DNA from: Lingula anatina
Taxonomy: Eukaryota > Animalia > Brachiopoda
Reading direction: 5' to 3'
NCBI GenBank assembly: GCA_051362555.1
Contig: CM120640.1
Location: 63,466,788 to 63,530,787, forward strand
DNA: 64,000 nucleotides
The number at the start of each line of letters is the position of its first letter. Positions within the stretch are counted from its first letter, which is position 1. The notes under the pieces are model-generated. The model ran no database searches, was not told where the DNA came from, and saw only the letters and a program-made list of their open reading frames with translations. Position numbers and translations under genes: made by a program. This document shows, piece by piece, positions 24,961 through 36,650 of the stretch.

Positions 24961-27118
24961 TCACAGCTGTTTTAATAACCGATGAATATTATTCAATCTG
25001 AGTAATAATTTATCACTATATTTATGCATAGTTCTATCCACGATCCAGTTTTTGTCTGTCGGATCCTCCCAATTTCTGTAATGATGTAACAATCCAACCT
25101 CCTCCGGCACAATGCGTTCTGGGTAGCCAGGAAAACCCTTCCACACAAAGTGAATGCCGACGATGCGAACGCGTTCTGTGATAGCGAAATATTTCGAACG
25201 TGTGTGTGGCCTGCTGACGTAATTTTCCCTCTTCGTTTTTAACTGTGTTAACAGGTTAAACTCATTGACTGATTTATTTTTTAAAAGACTTTCATCGTTC
25301 GGCCATTCTGTCCTGAAAAATGTGTTTTTGAACACATATGCTCTCACTTTCTCGTCCATTGCTCCCAGCCTTTCAAATAGGTCCCTCCAAGTTCGATCAA
25401 CACGTGGTACAATAAATTCGTCCATATCAGTCATCACTGTTACGTTTGCTTTGTGCAAATACCTATGTAGACAATCATTAAGAGCAGGTATTTGCCCAAA
25501 GTAATAAAGCTCTTCTTTATATCCTTCGATGGGCGGCCACACATTTACCTTGACAGGTACCGGCCACTGAATAAGATCCACAACACCTTCTTTGATGTAA
25601 TGTTTAAGCGCTTTGGTCACTCGTGGACCAATGCTGTAATTGTAAAAGGTAAAATGTTCCGCGCCCAACTGGCGGTTCATTTCCACCATTTCTATAAACT
25701 GGTTTAAGTTATCATAATGCAGATGTAGCGGTGTCACACAAACTGCAAACCCAAAGCGTGGTTTTACTGTATTCTGCCATGATTTGGTATTCAGGACCTT
25801 CAGAACGCCGCCAGCAGGCACGTCACACTTATTGTATGCAAGTGACACGGCATACGGTCTCTTCTGTGACGGCAGGGGGCAGTTGAAAGTATAGCCTGTG
25901 TACCTGTGTGAAATACATGACAAAACTGAAATAATAAATCCTTCAGCCATTCACTAAAATAAGTAAAGATACTATTATTATTAACAAGTACATTAATTAA
26001 TTATATCATCAATGATGAATCATTATCATTAGGTAAATATAAATATCAAATGAATGTGGTAATGTAATGGAATAATGAATGATTATAAGCATGGGGCTAT
26101 TAACATCATATTAACATCATATAACGCTACAATTATCGGTGTATTACACATGTATTAGACAGTCTTACAATATGAAGGATCTAGGCTATCACAGTGAACC
26201 ACCTGCCCTCCCTTACTATATAGGTTCGGAGACACATGTAGGCCTACCCCTTCACCACACCCAAAACAGTATAACAAACGAGAGGAAGAAAAGCCAAGTA
26301 ATTCTTCCACCCTTGTGCCCTTCATATCACAGTAAACTTGTCACCGTCTACTATTTAATATAAGAAGTGAGGCAGATTAATTTTTATCCTAATGCCCCCC
26401 CTTCCAGCAAAACCCTGGAATTATGCTACAGGGCGATCTTTTTCTGTATAACATGCCCGGCGAGTTGCGTTAATTATAATATATAGAAATATTTAAAGTG
26501 CATTTGTTAAACAAATAAGCAAGCAAAGTGAAAGAAATAGAAAGCCACACATGTTAAATCAGATTAAGAAATCTTATCACACCTTAGCCCCTTGTCCTCA
26601 GGTAATATCTCCGGTCCACCAGGTAATACATTCAGCGTGGCCGTCGCAGCTACAGGTGCTTCCTCATTCTCATCACGGTACCAAACTTGGCAATAACGTG
26701 GGAACTTCATCATTTTGCCTCTGGAATCCCCTATCGACAAAATTATTAGTACGCCATTCTTTCCTAAGCGATCGTCAACAAAGGCTGAGAAAGTGTAGAA
26801 TAACCCCTGTCCACCCACCGGCAAGAAAACTTGACGATCTGCTGTATTAAACGGAGGGGGCAAAAGCTGTGGACATAATTCATAGGCAGTGCGGCGAGGT
26901 TGTGTCGCTGATTCTCCTGTGAATTCCTTTCGTTTCATGTAAACAATGTTACCGTCAGCAGCCACATGTCGCATTTCAGTATCTAGGTCATCACCTGCTT
27001 CGTTACCTGGACCTACACTTAGCTTGGATCGATCACCACTAAGGATGAAAAAATAGTACACACCTGCCAAATACAACGTTAATGTACATATGAGCATACG
27101 TTTTATACGCATCCTCAT
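24961..27118 (-). CDS. Glycosyltransferase family 92 (DUF23; galt-1-like) paralog A, 2 exons, 492 aa
   Basis: Exons 27118-26583 and 25903-24961 join in frame. Type II TM anchor; motifs FSAFVDDR, FAVCVTPL, EMVEMNRQLGAEHFTFY, GQIPALNDCL, DxD motif DMDEFIVP, RSKY, GIH, HHYR. Confidence 0.9.
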
Positions 27119-27171
27119 ACCGGTAACATATTAACTGATCAAACTACTATGTTTTTCTCGAAATTTGGCCA

Positions 27172-29070
27172 TAGGGACAGTCGGGCTGACGTCACGCGCC
27201 CTAGCAACCGGCATCTGGGGTAAAACAAATCGGGCAACATGGCGGATCGCATTGACTTCTATGTAAAAGTTGTCAGACTTTGTCCGAAGATATCATACTT
27301 CACAGTGCCTGACCACTTGTGTCAGTAAGGATGAGTTATTTACCTGGTCGATTTCTTTTACAGGCCTTTGTAATTAGCCGCTGCACACCTGGTTAAGAGA
27401 TAAAATCGACCTTAACATAACTGCCGATCGTTATCTGTGATTGGGAAGTTTACAGCAGAAGATTTTGCAAAGGCAGTGCTTGACCTTTTGTGTCTGGCAG
27501 GTTGAATGATTTACCTGGACTATTGAGTTAGCAGGCCTTTGTAATAAGCTACTGTTTAACTTGTTACGGGACAAAATTGATTTTAACTGCATACGCAAAT
27601 GTCCACCCTTAGTATATACATGTACATAAGTTGGTGAAATAGGAATGGCTTCTTAGAACGTGGGTCGTGAGAAAGGCCAAGAAAATGTGCAACACTGAGA
27701 AGTTATTAGAATAAGATTTCTACAAATTGTGATTAAATCACCTACTGCTGCAATAGCCAGGGGAACGGGATAGGGGCAATGTCATCGGTCCCATGGCCTC
27801 TTTGGTCCGTATACAGTTCATGTATATTAATACAAGCCTGGAAGGACAGCGTAAACAGTTGCTTGGTAACGTTTTTGAAGAGAAGACACGTGGTGTTACC
27901 TGTATTAATATTTGCAGCTATGCGTCTTTGAGTGTTTACAATCTTATTGTGCACTTTTCTGGTACGAAAATTGGCGTAGAAAACTGGAAGACAGAATTAA
28001 AATTAAATTGAATAGCAAACACGGTAATAAAGCTGTATGTTATTTTACCAGTTAAGGTCGCTTTATTTATGGCAACTTTTTATATTTTACTTGATAACTA
28101 AAAGATTTAGACATTAACTGACAGGTTTGTCAATATATTGACGTATTTATTTTTTGTTATCTTTATAACTTACAACAAAAAAGTCCGACGTTATAGTCCA
28201 TTAATTTTAACTAAAAGAATTGATATGTACCGTCACACACGCCAACGCAAGATGTAATCTCAATTTCTTGTAAATACTTCTTATGAATTCATGTAACAAA
28301 TGACAAACATAAATACCAAACAAGGTACAATGATTTTCTCCTTATCTATGATAAAATGAACTATACACACATACACAAATCTCGTAGTGCATGTATAGCT
28401 ATGACCAAATTTTGTTTCGATCAACAATCCCGTCTTAAGTCACGTTTGTACGACCTATAGCCTGCAACAGTCGTTTACTTTGCTGTTGATCTTTGAAATT
28501 TAACAAATCCCATAAGATTTTATTAATGTGTTGGTAGTGTCACCTGGTGCACAACAAGCTTCCACCATTTCACTTTTGTACGCGTGCCTGAGAGTTAAAC
28601 GGTACCGGTTCAATTCATTAAGCTTGAAAATCTACCCGTCATATGTGTCAGCAATATGCAATGTCAACAGTTATAAGTACAATTGAGACCTTCCTTGATA
28701 TTATCAGTTGCTTCCACATGGTTTTCTTTTCAAAGAGATGTCAATAATATGCTCATCCAGGTAAGCAAATGAGTCTTTGCAATCTACCACTGTAAGATTC
28801 CCGATCACAGATAACGATCGGCAGTTAAGGCCGATTTTATCTCTTAACCAGGTGTGCAGCGGCTAATTACAAAAGCCTGTAAAGGGAATCAACCAGGTAA
28901 ATAACTCAACTTCACTGACACAAGTGGCCAGGAACTGTGAAGTATGATATCTTCGGACAAAGTCTGCCAACTTTTTCATAGAAGTTAATGCGATCCGCCA
29001 TGTTGCCCGATTTGTTTTACCCCAGATGCCCGTTGCTAAGGTAAAGTGCCCGGATGACCGACTGTCCCTA
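27172..29070. mobile_element. Non-autonomous DNA transposon with ~270-bp imperfect TIRs
   Basis: 27172-~27445 (tagggacagtcgg...gatcgttatctgtgattggga) is the reverse complement of ~28799-29070 (...ccgactgtcccta). No intact ORF inside; superfamily not determined. Confidence 0.85.
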
Positions 29071-29079
29071 TACCTTCAT

Positions 29080-32000
29080 CAAGGAGTTATAACAGAAGGA
29101 GATTACACGCAAGCCTTTCTATTGTCCGATGTCTGTTACGGTGGGCGGAGCTAGCTACGGGGGGCCTCCGGTCTCAAGGTTTCGTCTGCGTCGCTCTCCT
29201 CAGCTTGGAGATTAATTTCATATGCGTTATTTTGAGTTAGAATTCGAGATTAGTAGTGTCAAAGCGGCGCTGTATGCTGACGATTTTTTCACGGGTAATT
29301 ATTTGGACGATGTGCTGGAAGGGAATGATATCATAGAGAGGATACTAAGGTCGGACTGAGGATAGTCGCCATTAGTTTTTTGAGTCGGTGATAGATGGCT
29401 TTTTTTTTGCACAACCTAGTGAAAAATCACCAAGGAGAAGGCACAAGAAAAACGTTCCAACTGTGGTTTGTGAAAATGATATTCAAGTGAACGTCCTCAC
29501 TGCCAAAGGACATAATATTAATACATAAACGTTTGAACCCTACATCCCTTAGGTCCCATAAACATATACATTGTGACAGTGCCCAAGCTTTGAGGTTTTG
29601 GTTTTAAATTTCTTAAAGTATTTTCTCTCAGTATAATTTTAATATTATAATGTATTAAAGTAAAATTTTAACCAAAATGAGGCAATGCCATGGCATGTCA
29701 GTTTACTGAATACTCGTTATAAATTTCTTTATCTTGGAAATTTTCCTTTTTTTTCAAGATTATTTTGACACATACTCTGTTCACATTTGTCTGTGAACAA
29801 GTGCACAGTGCTAAACATTGAGAATAATTTTTATTCATTCATAAATATATTTATGTACAAAATATATTAGAAATTTAGTATTAACTGAGCTCTTTTAGGT
29901 GAAACAAATAAAGATGAGAATATAGAATTTCAAACTATTATTTACTATATAAATTAAAAAATTTTAAAGTCAACTCTATACTCAAGCATCACGATTGTAG
30001 CATCTTTGAGTTAAACCATTTTATTATATCAACAGAAGAACAAAAAAAACTTTACACATAAGCAGTAATTAATGAAGTCATAAGAATGATCAAGTTGCTA
30101 CAGTTTTCAGGTTTTATGCAGTCTATGTTGGCATTTTTTTCAAACGTGCAAATAGATATAATTATATTATTTTTTATCTGACTTGCTGATATCAGTCTGT
30201 GCCAGATGCTATTCCACTCACAGGCCAGCAAGGTCTGAGAATCTAATGGGCTAAATGAAAAAAAAAAATCCTAGAAGAAAAAGTGGCTAATTCTTACAAT
30301 AGGACCAAAAACATGGGACTTTCAAAAGGTTATTATAGACCAAGACAACACTTAGAACATTTATAAAATGAATTGGAGTACATGTTACAGCTGAAAAAAT
30401 TAACTGGACCAGTAAATAACTGCATTAAAGAAATTTCACTGAAGCAGTCCAAAATTTACTGGCAATCATGTAGACTGTTATACCATGGCACTCAACAAAT
30501 TATTTATATGTTTTGAATTTTTTTCCACATGACAGTAGCATAAAATTTATGTCCACTTTTGAAATGTGTAGTCAGTTAGATGACTGAAAATATTTTAAAA
30601 TGTCATGAAGGAGCACTAATAATTTAATGGAGTCTCTGTTGGTCAGTCTTATCCAGTTTCTTCGCCAAAAAGGACAACTCAAGTGAGAATTTCTTCAGGG
30701 CCTTTTCTTCTGCCTTGCCAATGCCATACCACTCAGAAAAGAGAGAACCCTGTAGGTTAAAAAAAAACAAAACACAATGATAGCATTATGAACTACTAGT
30801 ATCCACGTAGACATTGTGGAATTACGCAGTGAAGTTTAATATGTCTTGTTATGACTTGACTGAAATAATGTTCACCATGTAAATGAACAATTAACAACTG
30901 ATTCATGATCAAAGGCTTATAACCCCAAGAAATTGTACTTATTACAAGAAATTATTTAAATTTGCCCTGGTTCCTACTCTTCTGACAGCACAAAAAGGGG
31001 ATTTCAGAGAGGCCAGTTGCTAAAAGGAAAATGCCCAAGGTTGTTGTATTTTGAAATTGGTGAAAAAAATTTTAAAAAGTATACTGTTGTTAGTGAATGT
31101 TTAATGCATCGTAGGCATTATGACATAAGTAACTTACCCCAGACACACTGACCTTCTTTTTTCAATGATATTTTGTACAGCCTGAGCATTATTCATATAT
31201 TCAATGCACTCTTCTCCCATATCTATAATAGAAGAAAAAAACTCGAGTAGTGTTTAGGTATGCATGTCAAATTCATTATCAATTTTGAGTGAATTTCTGT
31301 TTCAACACTGCAAGATGAAATATTTACTTTCAAGTAATCAATAAACCTTACTAGAGTTCTATTCTTTTGTAACCACCAAGGCAAAGCTTCTTTCATAAAA
31401 TGAACTGAAACATCCAAGCTTGCCACCTAACATGCCAAAGTAGTAAGGTATAATTACAGTAGAGAAGCAAGTGCCCCTAAATTATAGAGGTGTTGTACAC
31501 AATGAGGTGTGTCTTACACACCTTGACTCAAAGGGAGATGTGTAGTGAGATAACAGGTTAAGTAATTGGTGGAGCCTGTGTGAACTTAAAACCTTAGAAA
31601 GGAAGCACCATGATTCGTGTGTTCTCTTTTCAATGGTTTAATAGGAATTAAAACATACATATGCAAAAAGAAGACTAAATAAGTTTAAAATAACTACACC
31701 AAAGACACTGTAAAGTCTAACTTCCTGTTAGACCGCCATGATGGAAAATGCTGGTCAGAGGCAAAACTTTTCCAGTCAAAATAACTGAGCACCTTACTTT
31801 AACTACACAGTTACCACTCCAAAGCCACCCACCATGGTGAGAAGAAAAAGGATGACCAACTGTCATGATAAGTTTTTTTAGTTTTAAACACGAAAAAGGT
31901 AAAGACCAAAATGGTACATTTACCCATAACACTAGAGTAAAAAATTGGTATTCTGAACAAATCAGGTTATTTTTTTTCAAGAAATATTGGAGCAGTATCC

Positions 32001-32905
32001 ATGCAATATATACCACGCCACGACCAAGATGTTCAAGAATCTAAACACACCAATTTTTTTTATAATCACGCATTTGAAAAGTACAAAAAACGGTAAGGCT
32101 TTTGGCCGTAACAAGCGTAACACTTTTTGATCGGAACTCATGAAAATTGTCAATTATCGTATCCAAGCTAGACCACATGTTAAATCGCAAAAAAAAACAA
32201 TACTGCTCAAGCAAGTGTGTTGCACACATAACAATTAGTTAAATTTTATGACTGTCATGTGACGCAAGTTTCAAAAAGTAGGAGGAAAATGTCTTTTGGA
32301 GTAGCCTAATTTTTTTTCGAAATATTAACAAGATGGCGGCTTAAGCATCTGCTTGTTATTCGGCTACTGAAAGTGCACCCAAGTTTTATTCTTTGCTATT
32401 GCCACAAATTACTTAACAATTGCAACTGTATAAAGACCAAACTTTCTTCATCTGATACTATATTTATAGGCACTTGTTATGAGTGGGAAATATTTTTCGT
32501 GCAATATTTATTCTCCACACACCACCTCGCGAGATCAACGTGTAGCTGGACACTTACACAGTGAGACCCTACGACATAAAAGTTGCAATTTATCTTCATA
32601 TTTCGTGTAGTTATGCATTTAAAAGCACTTACCTGTTTTTTGAAAACCTTGTCCAACGTAATATCATATAAATTCTGTATTTCTCTCATTTTTTAGAAAC
32701 TTGGGACTCCGTTTCTGTTTCTGTCCTCAAAAATCAACAGACGAAGGCACAGATACTAACAAACGAGATTTAAACGATAGTAACAATTAAGCGTAACAGA
32801 GATAGGCATCCATTGTTCTCTGGGTTCTATTCATTCCGACCAATGAGAGACCGTAATACGGGCTCCGCCCCCACGCGTGTAATCTCCTTCTGTTATAACT
32901 CCTTG
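29080..32905. mobile_element. P-superfamily-like DNA transposon, non-autonomous, 31-bp TIRs, 7-bp TSD
   Basis: Perfect TIR caaggagttataacagaaggagattacacgc at 29080-29110 and its reverse complement at 32875-32905; flanking direct repeat ccttcat (29073-29079 and 32906-32912). A CAAGG terminus with a 7-8-bp TSD is characteristic of P elements. Confidence 0.82.
30624..32689 (-). pseudogene. Spliced cargo gene of unknown function inside the P-like element, disrupted in exon 4
   Basis: Putative exons 32689-32633, 32040-31798 and 31426-31328 are all phase 0 and open for 133 aa (MREIQNLYDITLDKVFKKQ|ILEHLGRG...GWLWSGNCVVK|VASLDVSVHF...FIDYLK). Exon 31222-31138 has a stop/frame break; exon 30749-30624 is open to TAA. 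All junctions are GT-AG. Confidence 0.5.
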
Positions 32906-33224
32906 CCTTCATGTACATGTCACTGACATGTACAGGTACTTGAAGCATTTTATATACATGTATGTAGGTCACATCAGTCTCGATCCAAGAACGACCAAAG
33001 ACTGAACGTTTACTACTGCCACCTGTTGGTTGACAACCGCAAAAGCCAAACACTGTATTGCCTCAACTGATGCCTGCAGATTCAAAAGCGATTTTGTATT
33101 TCCATGATAATTTTAATTTCCCCAACGTTCCCAACGTTTTGCTTAGGACTCCTTATATCTTTTTACATGTCTTTTACATCCATCAATATATATTTTCTCG
33201 AATTGTGTAGGTCACGGGTAGACC

Positions 33225-34753
33225 TTGCCTCAGTTTTCGGCCCTACAAGCTCACGGTACCCTTACCGCTGGTAAGGCCTCATAGCAGTATGTACAAAAAA
33301 CTTGAGACACTTAAGTACCTCGAAATGTCCACGTTCTGACAATCTCTGTGGGTCCTCCGTTGCACCTTGTAGTATGTAAATCCAGTTAAAAGTGTTTTCG
33401 TGTACCTTCAGGCACGATGTTCATAAAGTTTTGGTCCTTTTATTTCAGCTTCCTACTGCACTGACACAACAGCACGCCATATTGCGGTACACTTGCGGAA
33501 GGGACGACCACCTTTTCAAGGTCGACCTCGAAATGGAGTTGACCTGTTTCCTGTTTCCAATGTAAACTTTTAGCGCCCTCGGGTGACGAGTTGTGAAAAA
33601 TGGTGTTTGATCCATGTAGGCGACCTAGCTCCAGTTTATAATGTTTTACAAGCATTTGGCCATCCATTTGCGCTTCTGTCGAATTTGGCCTACCTTTGCC
33701 TTAAAACCTATACGTGAATAAATATTTGAGAAATTTTATTTTTATTTATTTTTATTTTATTTTTTATTTTTATTTTTCTATTTTGTTTATTTATTATTTA
33801 TTTTATGGATGACATGCTCGAGCTCTGGTGTTCCAAACACTACTGGGAGAGGACAAAAAAATAAATAAATAAAATTAAATAAGAATAAATAAATAAATAA
33901 ATTGCAGCTCAAGTCAAAAATACAAGATTGGAAATGAAAAATGAACCGCAAAACAAATCGGCTTCATTCACTCTGGGAACACAAAAAAGTTACCAGTCAT
34001 TTATTTCATTTTTGCATCACACAAACGACTTCAAGGCCTCTGTACACCTTAACCTCTTCCTCAAATGAAATAAAAATAAAGAATTTGATAAAAAAATAAG
34101 TAAAAAGTTTTTTTCTTTTTAATGTAATTCATGTATGTATTTTGATTAAGGGCAAAAATATAATACTACTATTATAATAAAAAATAAAACAATATGTGAT
34201 TTTTAAATATATTTTTATTGCTATAAAATACTATAATTATAAAATTTCTCAAATATTTATTCACGTATAGGTTTTAAGGCAAAGGTAGGCCAAATTCGAC
34301 AGAAGCGCAAATGGATGGCCAAATGCTTATAAAACATTATAAACTGGAGCTAGGTCGCCTACATGGATCAAACACCATTTTTCACAACTCGTCACCCGAG
34401 GGCGCTAAAAGTTTACATTGGAAACAGGAAACAGGTCAACTCCATTTCGAGGTCGACCTTGAAAAGGTGGTCGTCCCTTCCGCAAGTGTACCGCAATATG
34501 GCGTGCTGTTGTGTCAGTGCAGTAGGAAGCTGAAATAAAAGGACCAAAACTTTATGAACATCGTGCCTGAAGGTACACGAAAACACTTTTAACTGGATTT
34601 ACATACTACAAGGTGCAACGGAGGACCCACAGAGATTGTCAGAACGTGGACATTTCGAGGTACTTAAGTGTCTCAAGTTTTTTGTACATACTGCTATGAG
34701 GCCTTACCAGCGGTAAGGGTACCGTGAGCTTGTAAGGCCGAAAACTGAGGCAA
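33225..34753. mobile_element. Mutator/Foldback-like element with ~515-bp near-perfect TIRs and 9-bp TSD
   Basis: 33225-~33738 is the reverse complement of ~34240-34753 (mirror ORFs 33440..33667 and 34311..34538 differ by one residue); AT-rich spacer; direct repeat gggtagacc at 33216-33224 and 34754-34762. Confidence 0.9.
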
Positions 34754-34965
34754 GGGTAGACCCTGCCACTACATGTCCGCAAATTACAATGTACTTGGTT
34801 AAAAACTCATAGGCATGTTGTCACCTGTAGGCTACATGTACCAAATGACTACCATTAGGCCTGATATCAATTACGTGGTCAGTGTAGGCCTATATGTACC
34901 GGTAGACCTTTATCGCCAGGTTGAGTGAAATTGGGTTGGATGGGAAAGAGAGAGAAGTAGATCTT

Positions 34966-35419
34966 TGCTATACAGCTACCGGTATCATCGGCAGTATCAT
35001 ACAGTGTATATGTACTAATACACACGGTAGGCCCTACTCATGCTATACAGCTACCGGTATCATCGGCAGTATCATACAGTGTATATGTACTAATACACAC
35101 GGTAGGCCCTACTCATGCTATACAGCTACCGGTATCATCGGCAGTATCATACAGTGTATATGTACTAATACACACGGTAGGCCCTACTCATGCTATACAG
35201 CTACCGGTATCATCGGCAGTATCATACAGTGTATATGTACTAATACACACGGTAGGCCCTACTCATGCTATACAGCTACCGGTATCATCGGCAGTATCAT
35301 ACAGTGTATATGTACTAATACACACGGTAGGCCCTACTCATGCTATACAGCTACCGGTATCATCGGCAGTATCATACAATGTATATGTACTAATACACAC
35401 GGTAGGCCCTACTCATGCT
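34966..35419. repeat. Minisatellite, 75-bp unit x6
   Basis: Unit tgctatacagctaccggtatcatcggcagtatcatacagtgtatatgtactaatacacacggtaggccctactca starts at 34966, 35041, 35116, 35191, 35266 and 35341; one substitution seen, in the last unit. Confidence 0.97.
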
Positions 35420-36650
35420 GAACTTACATGTAGACATACTTCAATTTATTGTTTTATTCATTCTCGCCACGATCAATACATACAGCAAAGAAAATCGAAA
35501 TAGAAAGGGCATAAAATACAATGAATCAGACGTGGAAAATTGCATTGAAATCATGCGTACAATACATAATACGGTATGGCAATGCAAACTGATATATCAA
35601 TGCCAATTCTAATAAAACAAAGATATATGAAGCTTAATGCACTCGAAATGATGGCACTTCAAAATAAAAGTATTAGGGTTTAAAACCCTTTATGATAAAA
35701 TAATAATGCTCAGATAATAATAATTGATTACAAAAAACTGATAAGATTATTTTGACTCTCACGTCAAAAACCACAGTTTAAATGCCAATTAAAAAACATA
35801 CGCTCTAACAGATGTGTTTAAAATACATGCGTATATATAAAGAACACAGAAAAAAAGTATAACCAACTGTTCTACATATAGCTTGTAAAGAACCGGCCTA
35901 AATTAGGCCTATTGTTTAAACGGCATTGTGTTTGGGACTAGAAATAAACACAAAAAAAACATACAGTACATGAAAGATAATGTTCCATTGTCACCATAGT
36001 ATTGCTGACGGCACACATGATATGCAAATGCATTATTCAGTGTAAAACTCATAGGCTTACATTCGTAAATGAAAACATATTGTGATGCCGCGGGTAGGTC
36101 ACGGGGTGGACTTACAAAGCTAGCTCGAGTTTTCAGTCTTTGATTTACATATACACAGAAACAAAACAAAAAACATATGTAATGATACACTTTAAAAATG
36201 TATTCCCAGCTAATGTGGCATATTAACAAAGTCTTCTGATTTTGTTCAAATATATATGTCAGAAAAATGAATAAACACATTTGGTTATTGGTTCTTTTAC
36301 CTTTTTTTTCGGAAAAGAGCATTAGCTACCAGTTGATTTTTTGCTTGGCGAGACATCAAATCTCAACGAATATACTATTTAAGAAAGTTTTTGGTTTCTG
36401 TGGACATGTGAATAAAAGACTGAAAACTCACAAAATAATGCGTATGATTTTTTCTCCTAGAATACAAATCAGAAGGTGGAGTGTTTAGAGAATGATATCG
36501 ATTAAAGCCATTAACTTCATGTATTTATTTTTCGTTACTAAACTTGAATCAATTGAAATTTTGAATAAAATTTTTAAAATAAAAATATTGCAACATTGTA
36601 AAGCGCACCGGGCAGGCTACACGTGTTAAATAAATTAAATAGATTAATCA

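Noticed and set aside
29222-29359. Short plus-strand frame containing ALYADD as a reverse-transcriptase fragment
   Set aside because: Only ~45 codons with no other RT motifs; probably coincidental.
33440-34538. Two near-identical 75-aa ORFs as a duplicated small gene pair
   Set aside because: They are mirror images within the TIRs of the foldback element; no recognisable domain.
34921-35421. 75-bp array as a CRISPR array or a repeat protein (166-aa ORF)
   Set aside because: Units are contiguous and identical with no unique spacers, there are no cas genes and the context is eukaryotic. The ORF has a TTG start and is a by-product of a 3n unit.
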